This document shows, one piece after another, positions 58,990-64,000 of a stretch of DNA of 64,000 nt. Under the pieces are notes generated by a model. The model made no database searches. It was not told where the DNA came from and saw only the letters and a program-made list of their open reading frames with translations. Positions within the stretch are counted from its first letter, which is position 1; the number at the start of each line of letters is the position of its first letter. The translations under genes were made by a program, and so were the position numbers. Origin of the DNA: Alphaproteobacteria bacterium (GTDB lineage Bacteria; Pseudomonadota; Alphaproteobacteria; UBA8366); contig CBDDIB010000002.1 in assembly GCA_965228695.1 (NCBI GenBank), positions 120,701 through 184,700 of the forward strand. The letters are read 5' to 3'.

Positions 58990-59667
58990 ATGCATATCGG
59001 ATTGATCGGGGGGATCGGCCCGGCCGCGACCGAGTTCTATTATCGCGGTTTGGTTCGGGCGCATGACGCGGCGGACAAGCCGATGGAGCTGACCATCGTG
59101 CACGCACAGGTCCGCGACCTCGTCCGGTACGTCGCCGCCGGCGCGGCACGGGAACAAGCAGCCGTATTCGGCGATCTGGTGGAAAGATTGGCGGCGGCGG
59201 GCGCCAAGGCCGCGGCGGTGACGTCGATGGGCGGCCATTTCTGCATCGAGGAGTTGGAGGCGATATCGCCGCTGCCCATGGTCAACGCGATCCCGAGCCT
59301 CGACGCGGAATTCGGACGGCGCGGCTTCGAACGGATCGGCCTGCTGGGCAACGAGACGGTCATGCGGTCGCGCCTCCACGGCGGGATCTCCTCCGCCGAG
59401 ATCGTCATCCCGGAAGGCGACGACCTTGCCGAAGCCGGCGACGCCTATACTGCGATGGCGCTCGCGGGCCGAGCGACCGACGACCAGCGAGACTACTTCA
59501 ACAAGATGGGCCAGCGCCTCTGCGACGAGCAGGGCGCGGACGCGATCGTCCTCGGCGGCACGGACCTGTTCCTCGCGTTCGACGGACAAGACACCGATTA
59601 CCCGTTGATCGATTGCGCCGAGATCCACATCGAGGCGCTGTTCAAGGCATCGGTTGGCGCGGCCTAG
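58990..59667 (+). CDS. aspartate/glutamate racemase family protein (non-canonical active-site residues)
   Basis: MHIGLIGGIGPAAT N-terminus and overall collinearity with Asp racemases. Start set at the ATG at 58990. Confidence 0.7.
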   Translation: MHIGLIGGIGPAATEFYYRGLVRAHDAADKPMELTIVHAQVRDLVRYVAAGAAREQAAVFGDLVERLAAAGAKAAAVTSMGGHFCIEELEAISPLPMVNAIPSLDAEFGRRGFERIGLLGNETVMRSRLHGGISSAEIVIPEGDDLAEAGDAYTAMALAGRATDDQRDYFNKMGQRLCDEQGADAIVLGGTDLFLAFDGQDTDYPLIDCAEIHIEALFKASVGAA

Positions 59668-59761
59668 TCCCATCGGACAGACCACAAAGCGGGCTTGAAA
59701 ATTCGCTTTTGCGTGGCGAAACTGGCGCGATACGCAAGAGCAAGAAGGCTGAAACGGCTTC

Positions 59762-60883
59762 ATGACCAAGGGTCCCAGTGCATCGCTGCCCTACGCATCC
59801 ATCGTCCGCGATCTGCCGTCGACCGTGCCCTTTGTCGGCCCCGAAGCACAGGAGCGCGCGCGGGGCGGCACCTTCCGCGCCCGTATCGGCGCGAATGAAA
59901 GCGTCTTCGGTCCCTCGCCCAAGGCCGTCGCCGCGATGCAGAAGGCAGCGGAAGAGGTGTGGCAATACGCCGACCCGGAAAACTACGACCTGAAGCAGGC
60001 CTTGGCACGCCATCACGGCATTGCGCCGGAGAATATCGTCGTCGGCGAAGGCATCGACGGATTGTTCGGATTCACCGCCCGGCTGTTCGTCGAGCCGGGC
60101 GCCACGGTCGCCACCTCTGCGGGCGCGTACCCCACCTTCAACTACCAGGTCGCGGGCGCGGGCGGTCAGATCGCGACCGTACCGTATAAGGGCGATTCGG
60201 AAGACCCGGATGCATTACTCGACCTCGCCGCAGAGATAGATGCGCCGCTGATCTTCTTCGCCAACCCGGACAACCCGATGGGGTCGTGGTCCGATGCCGG
60301 GACGCTCCAGGCGATGATCGACCGCGTGCCGGACAACCGGGTGCTGTGTCTCGACGAGGCCTATATCGAATTCGCGCCGGACGGCACCGCCCCGCCGCTC
60401 GACATCTCGAACCCGAATGTCCTGCGCTTCCGCACCTTCTCCAAGGCCTACGGGCTGGCGGGCTGCCGCATCGGCTACGCCATCGGCGAAGCCGGCGTGA
60501 TCAAGAGCTTCGACAAGATCCGCAACCATTTCGGCGTCAACCGGATCGCCCAGGCCGGCGCGCTCGCCGCGCTGGCGGATCAAGATTATGTCGCCGACGT
60601 CGTGGACAAGGTCGCCGCCGCACGGAACCGGATCGGCGCCATCGCCCAGGCCAACGACCTCACCCCGCTGCCGTCCGCCGCGAATTTCGTCGCCATAGAC
60701 TGCGGGCGCGACGGCGACTATGCGAAACGCATCCTCGACGAATTGGCAGCGCGCGACATCTTCGTCCGCATGCCCTTCGTCGAACCGCAGAACCGATGCA
60801 TCCGCATTTCCGCCGGGACTGAGAAGGATTTGGATTTGCTGGAAACCGTTTTGCCGGGCGCCTTGGCCGCAGCGGACGGGTAG
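59762..60883 (+). CDS. PLP-dependent aminotransferase (class II, histidinol-phosphate aminotransferase-like)
   Basis: 373 aa. The PLP-lysine context is RTFSKAYGLAGCRIGY and NPDNPMG lies upstream. Confidence 0.8.
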   Translation: MTKGPSASLPYASIVRDLPSTVPFVGPEAQERARGGTFRARIGANESVFGPSPKAVAAMQKAAEEVWQYADPENYDLKQALARHHGIAPENIVVGEGIDGLFGFTARLFVEPGATVATSAGAYPTFNYQVAGAGGQIATVPYKGDSEDPDALLDLAAEIDAPLIFFANPDNPMGSWSDAGTLQAMIDRVPDNRVLCLDEAYIEFAPDGTAPPLDISNPNVLRFRTFSKAYGLAGCRIGYAIGEAGVIKSFDKIRNHFGVNRIAQAGALAALADQDYVADVVDKVAAARNRIGAIAQANDLTPLPSAANFVAIDCGRDGDYAKRILDELAARDIFVRMPFVEPQNRCIRISAGTEKDLDLLETVLPGALAAADG

Positions 60884-60890
60884 CCGATCG

Positions 60891-62741
60891 TCACTCCGCC
60901 GCAGCGAACTCGTCGATCGCCACCAAGAAAATTCCTGCGAAATCGCGCAACTTCGCCGCGCCGACACCGAAGACATCGGCGAACTCGTCTTTGGTCTTCG
61001 GACGCTTGTCGGCCATGTCGACCAGCGTCCGGTCTGAGAAGATGACATAGGCGGGCACGCCGCGTTCCTTGGCGAGGTCGAGGCGCAATGCCTTCAACTC
61101 CTGCAACAGCTTCACACCGGAATCGTCCAGGTCGTAGGCGGCTTCGGCCGCGCTGACTTTCGGCCGCTTCGCCGGCTTGTCCTTGCCGAGTTTGTCGGGC
61201 CGGTACCGGAAGGTTGCATCGCCCTGCAACAGTGCCGCGGCCGCCTCGCCATAGCGCAACCCGCCATAGCCCGCGATATCGATTTCCAGCAATCCGGACG
61301 CGACCATCTGGCGAATGATGCCCTGCCATTCCCGCTGGGACCGCGCAGCCCCGACGCCGTAGGCCGGCAACGAATCGTGCCGGAAGCTGATGATCTTCTC
61401 GTTCTTCATGCCGCGCAGCACGCCGACGATATGCGCCGCGCCGAAGCGCTGCCCGGTGTCGTCCACCGCCGACAGCACAGCGCGCGCGGCATCGGTGCCG
61501 TCCAATGTCTCGACCGGGTCGCGGCAAATATCGCAGTTGCCGCAGGCACCGGTCGGGTCGCCGAAATAGCGCAGCAGCATCTGGCGTCGGCATTCGGGCG
61601 CTTCGCAATAGGCGATCAGCGCGTCGAGCCGCTTGTGCTCGCGGCGCTTGCGTTCGTCGTCGCTCTCTTCCTGTTCGATGAAGACGCGCCGCATGCGGAT
61701 ATCGTCGAGGCCGTAGAGCATCAAGGTTTCCGCCGGCGCACCGTCCCGCCCCGCGCGGCCGATCTCCTGGTAATAGGCTTCCGGACTGGCGGGCAGGTCG
61801 GTGTGCAGCACGTAGCGGATATCGGGCTTGTCGATCCCCATGCCGAAGGCGATGGTCGCGACGATCACCACGCCGGACTCGGTCATGAAACGGTTCTGCA
61901 CCGCTTGCTTCTCGTAACTTTCCATGCCCGCGTGGAAGGCGAGCGCCGTATGCCCGGCATCGCGCAGCATGGCTGCGACTTCTTCCGTTTTGCGGCGTGA
62001 CAGGCAATAGACGATACCGCTTGCCCCGGCGCGCGCCGCAACGAAATCCGCGACCTGACGCTTCCAATTGTCCTTGAGCGTCACCGCGAGCGTCAGGTTC
62101 GGCCGGTCGAAGCCGGTCACCACCGACACCACATCGCCGCCGAACACCTTTGATTCGATGTCAGCACGGGTCGTCGGGTCGGCGGTCGCGGTCAGCCCCA
62201 TAATGGGTGTTCCCGGGAAACGGTCGCGCAAGCTGGCCAGCGCTTCGTATTCCGGGCGAAAGGCGGGGCCCCATTGGGAAATGCAATGCGCCTCGTCGAT
62301 CGCGAAAAGGCGGATGTCCAACTCACCGATCGCCCGCAGCATACGCTCGGTCATCAAGCGCTCCGGCGACAGGTAGAGCAGGCTCACCTCGCCCCGCCGC
62401 ACCGCGTGCCAGGTTTCTACATTGTCGGCCCGGCTGATGTCGGAGTTGATCGTCGCCGCCGGAATGCCGTTGAGTTGCAGCGCGCGGACCTGATCCCGCA
62501 TCAACGCCACCAACGGCGAAACGACGATGGTCAACCCGCCGAGGACAAGCGCCGGCAACTGGTAACACAGCGACTTACCCGCACCGGTCGGCATCACGGC
62601 AAGAACGCTGCGCCCGTCGAGCACCGCGTCGATGGCCGCGGATTGTCCCGGCCGCAGATCGGAGAACCCGAACATCTCGTGCAGCACCGATTGAACGGCG
62701 GCATTGGGGGCGTCAGGCTGGAGGGCAGGAGATGCAGTCAT
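60891..62741 (-). CDS. recQ: ATP-dependent DNA helicase RecQ
   Basis: FGFSDLRPGQ, Walker A MPTGAGKSLCYQLPA, DEAH box (IDEAHCISQWG), the RQC Zn-finger cysteines (CRRQ...CGNCDIC) and a C-terminal HRDC domain. Start set at the ATG at 62741. Confidence 0.92.
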   Translation of the reverse strand: MTASPALQPDAPNAAVQSVLHEMFGFSDLRPGQSAAIDAVLDGRSVLAVMPTGAGKSLCYQLPALVLGGLTIVVSPLVALMRDQVRALQLNGIPAATINSDISRADNVETWHAVRRGEVSLLYLSPERLMTERMLRAIGELDIRLFAIDEAHCISQWGPAFRPEYEALASLRDRFPGTPIMGLTATADPTTRADIESKVFGGDVVSVVTGFDRPNLTLAVTLKDNWKRQVADFVAARAGASGIVYCLSRRKTEEVAAMLRDAGHTALAFHAGMESYEKQAVQNRFMTESGVVIVATIAFGMGIDKPDIRYVLHTDLPASPEAYYQEIGRAGRDGAPAETLMLYGLDDIRMRRVFIEQEESDDERKRREHKRLDALIAYCEAPECRRQMLLRYFGDPTGACGNCDICRDPVETLDGTDAARAVLSAVDDTGQRFGAAHIVGVLRGMKNEKIISFRHDSLPAYGVGAARSQREWQGIIRQMVASGLLEIDIAGYGGLRYGEAAAALLQGDATFRYRPDKLGKDKPAKRPKVSAAEAAYDLDDSGVKLLQELKALRLDLAKERGVPAYVIFSDRTLVDMADKRPKTKDEFADVFGVGAAKLRDFAGIFLVAIDEFAAAE

Positions 62742-62967
62742 GGCGTGGGGAGAGGATACGTGATTCGCCCGCACCGCAACATGGAAACCGGACTGCGACG
62801 AGAAAATTCTTTTCGCGGCCCTTCGCTCGCCATCGCGATCCTGGTAACGCATAATATCGCGGTGCGCCGAAATCCAACGATAAGAAGGCGCCCGGCGCGA
62901 CGGCATCCGCGCACCCCCGCCCAATTTGCGATGCCCACCGTTGGCGATGCTGAGAGGAGACACCCCG

Positions 62968-64000
62968 ATGACCGAGTCCAAAGGCGAAAGCTACGATCCC
63001 CGCACATTTCAAGGCCTGACTTTCCACGACGCGACCGAGAAGTTCCGCGACGGCAGCGACACGCCGCGCGACTATCTGGAGCGCTGCATCGAAACGATCG
63101 CGGCGCGCGAACCGGTGGTGAAGGCGTTCGCCGCGCTGAACGAGGACGGCGCGCGCGAGGCCGCCGACGCCAGCGCGGCGCGCTGGAAGGACGGGCGCAC
63201 GCTATCGGCAATCGACGGCATGCCGGTCGCGATCAAGGATTTGCTGGAAACCAAGGATATGCCGACGCAGATGGGCTGCGACGCCTATGAAGGCAACTTT
63301 CCGAAGCGCGACAACGCCGCCGTGTGGGCGCTTCGGCAGGCCGGCGCGGTGGTCTTCGGCAAGACGGTCACGGCGGAACTCGGCGGGTCGCACCCTGGGC
63401 CGACCACGAACCCCTATGACCCGACCCGCACGCCGGGCGGTTCCTCGTCCGGGTCCGGTGCCGCGGTGGCGACCGGCATGGTGCCCGCGGCCATCGGCAC
63501 CCAGGTCGGCGGATCGATTATCCGGCCCGCCGCGTTTTGCGGCAATGTCGCGCTGAAACCGTCGCAAGGGGCTATCAACCGCGGCGAACGGCAGGCGACC
63601 AGCATGAGCACCCATGGCGTGCACGCTAACAGCATTGAGGACATGTGGCAGGTGGCGATCGAAATCGCGGCCCGCGCCGGCGGCGACCGGGGCGCCATGG
63701 CTCTCGCCGGCCCATCGACGCCGCCCCCGGCGGTGAAACCGGCCCGGTTGATCGTGCTGGAGAGCGACGGCTGGGGCATCCTCGACGACGCCAGCAAGTC
63801 GGCCTTCGAGATCCTGATGGAAAGCCTGCAGAGCCTGGGCATCGAGCTGCTGCGCCGGCGCAACAACGCGTCCGTCGAGCATTTGGAGAAGGCGGTCGAG
63901 GGCGCCGGCGATATCTGCAACGGCATCACCGCCTGGGAAAATCATTGGGCACTGCGCAACCTGATCGACGAGAAACCCGACGGCGTCAGCCAACGGATCA
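62968..64000 (+). CDS. amidase signature (AS) family amidase, 5' part (continues beyond window end)
   Basis: Not in the track because there is no stop codon in the window. The ATG at 62968 follows GAGAGGAGA. The translation MTESKGESYDPRTF...GMPVAIKDLL...RTPGGSSSGSGAAVATG...GTQVGGSIIRPA contains the AS signature. Confidence 0.85.
   Translation, partial: MTESKGESYDPRTFQGLTFHDATEKFRDGSDTPRDYLERCIETIAAREPVVKAFAALNEDGAREAADASAARWKDGRTLSAIDGMPVAIKDLLETKDMPTQMGCDAYEGNFPKRDNAAVWALRQAGAVVFGKTVTAELGGSHPGPTTNPYDPTRTPGGSSSGSGAAVATGMVPAAIGTQVGGSIIRPAAFCGNVALKPSQGAINRGERQATSMSTHGVHANSIEDMWQVAIEIAARAGGDRGAMALAGPSTPPPAVKPARLIVLESDGWGILDDASKSAFEILMESLQSLGIELLRRRNNASVEHLEKAVEGAGDICNGITAWENHWALRNLIDEKPDGVSQRI

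Noticed and set aside
60718-62067. 449-aa minus-strand ORF in another frame of recQ, and the 46104..47237 / 46106..47395 ORFs overlapping the MFS gene.
   Set aside because: These are alternate frames of well-supported genes, with R/G/A-rich composition and no motifs.

Overview
High-G+C (roughly mid-60s %), gene-dense chromosomal segment that reads like an alphaproteobacterial (Rhodospirillales-like) core and accessory-metabolism region. I can support about 64 protein-coding genes, one tRNA-Gly(CCC), one candidate sRNA and a few regulatory sites. Two genes are cut by the window edges and are absent from the ORF track: mutL at 1-146 and an amidase at 62968-64000. Gene blocks in order: (1) mutL-pgi. 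(2) Two M16 peptidases, a lipoprotein, lspA, ileS and ribF, a housekeeping synteny block. (3) MaoC dehydratase, MFS/DUF1289/AraC, and a divergent MFS. (4) A fetAB-like ABC exporter, DinB and LysR. (5) A complete Rrf2-sufB-sufC-sufD-sufS-sufU-sufT-sufA operon with an extra PP-loop (ATP_bind_4/Dph6-like) gene at its 3' end. (6) An enolase-superfamily enzyme, GGT, an exported VanX-like dipeptidase, a CoA-transferase and the tRNA. (7) A cluster of sulfatase, methyltransferase, two TauD/TfdA dioxygenases, GFA, an unknown 672-aa protein, an MBL hydrolase, a TRAP transporter and two LLM monooxygenases, which has an organosulfur or xenobiotic-scavenging flavour. (8) A YdjM-like hydrolase, a TTC38-like TPR protein and an MFS. 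(9) TetR, cupin, VOC, an apparently frameshifted 2-hydroxyacid dehydrogenase and a KstD-like flavoprotein. (10) A small RHH-like protein, DUF488, AraC and a YHS protein. (11) An isochorismatase-like hydrolase plus an M20 decarbamoylase, divergent from an orphan NodU/CmcH carbamoyltransferase. (12) greB, a racemase-family protein, an aminotransferase, recQ and the amidase. I saw no transposase, integrase, phage, CRISPR, restriction or recognisable defence genes. I do not see a compelling novel multi-gene system, and the hypotheses below are modest and flagged as such. Many long ORFs in the supplied track are antisense or alternate-frame artefacts typical of high-GC DNA.
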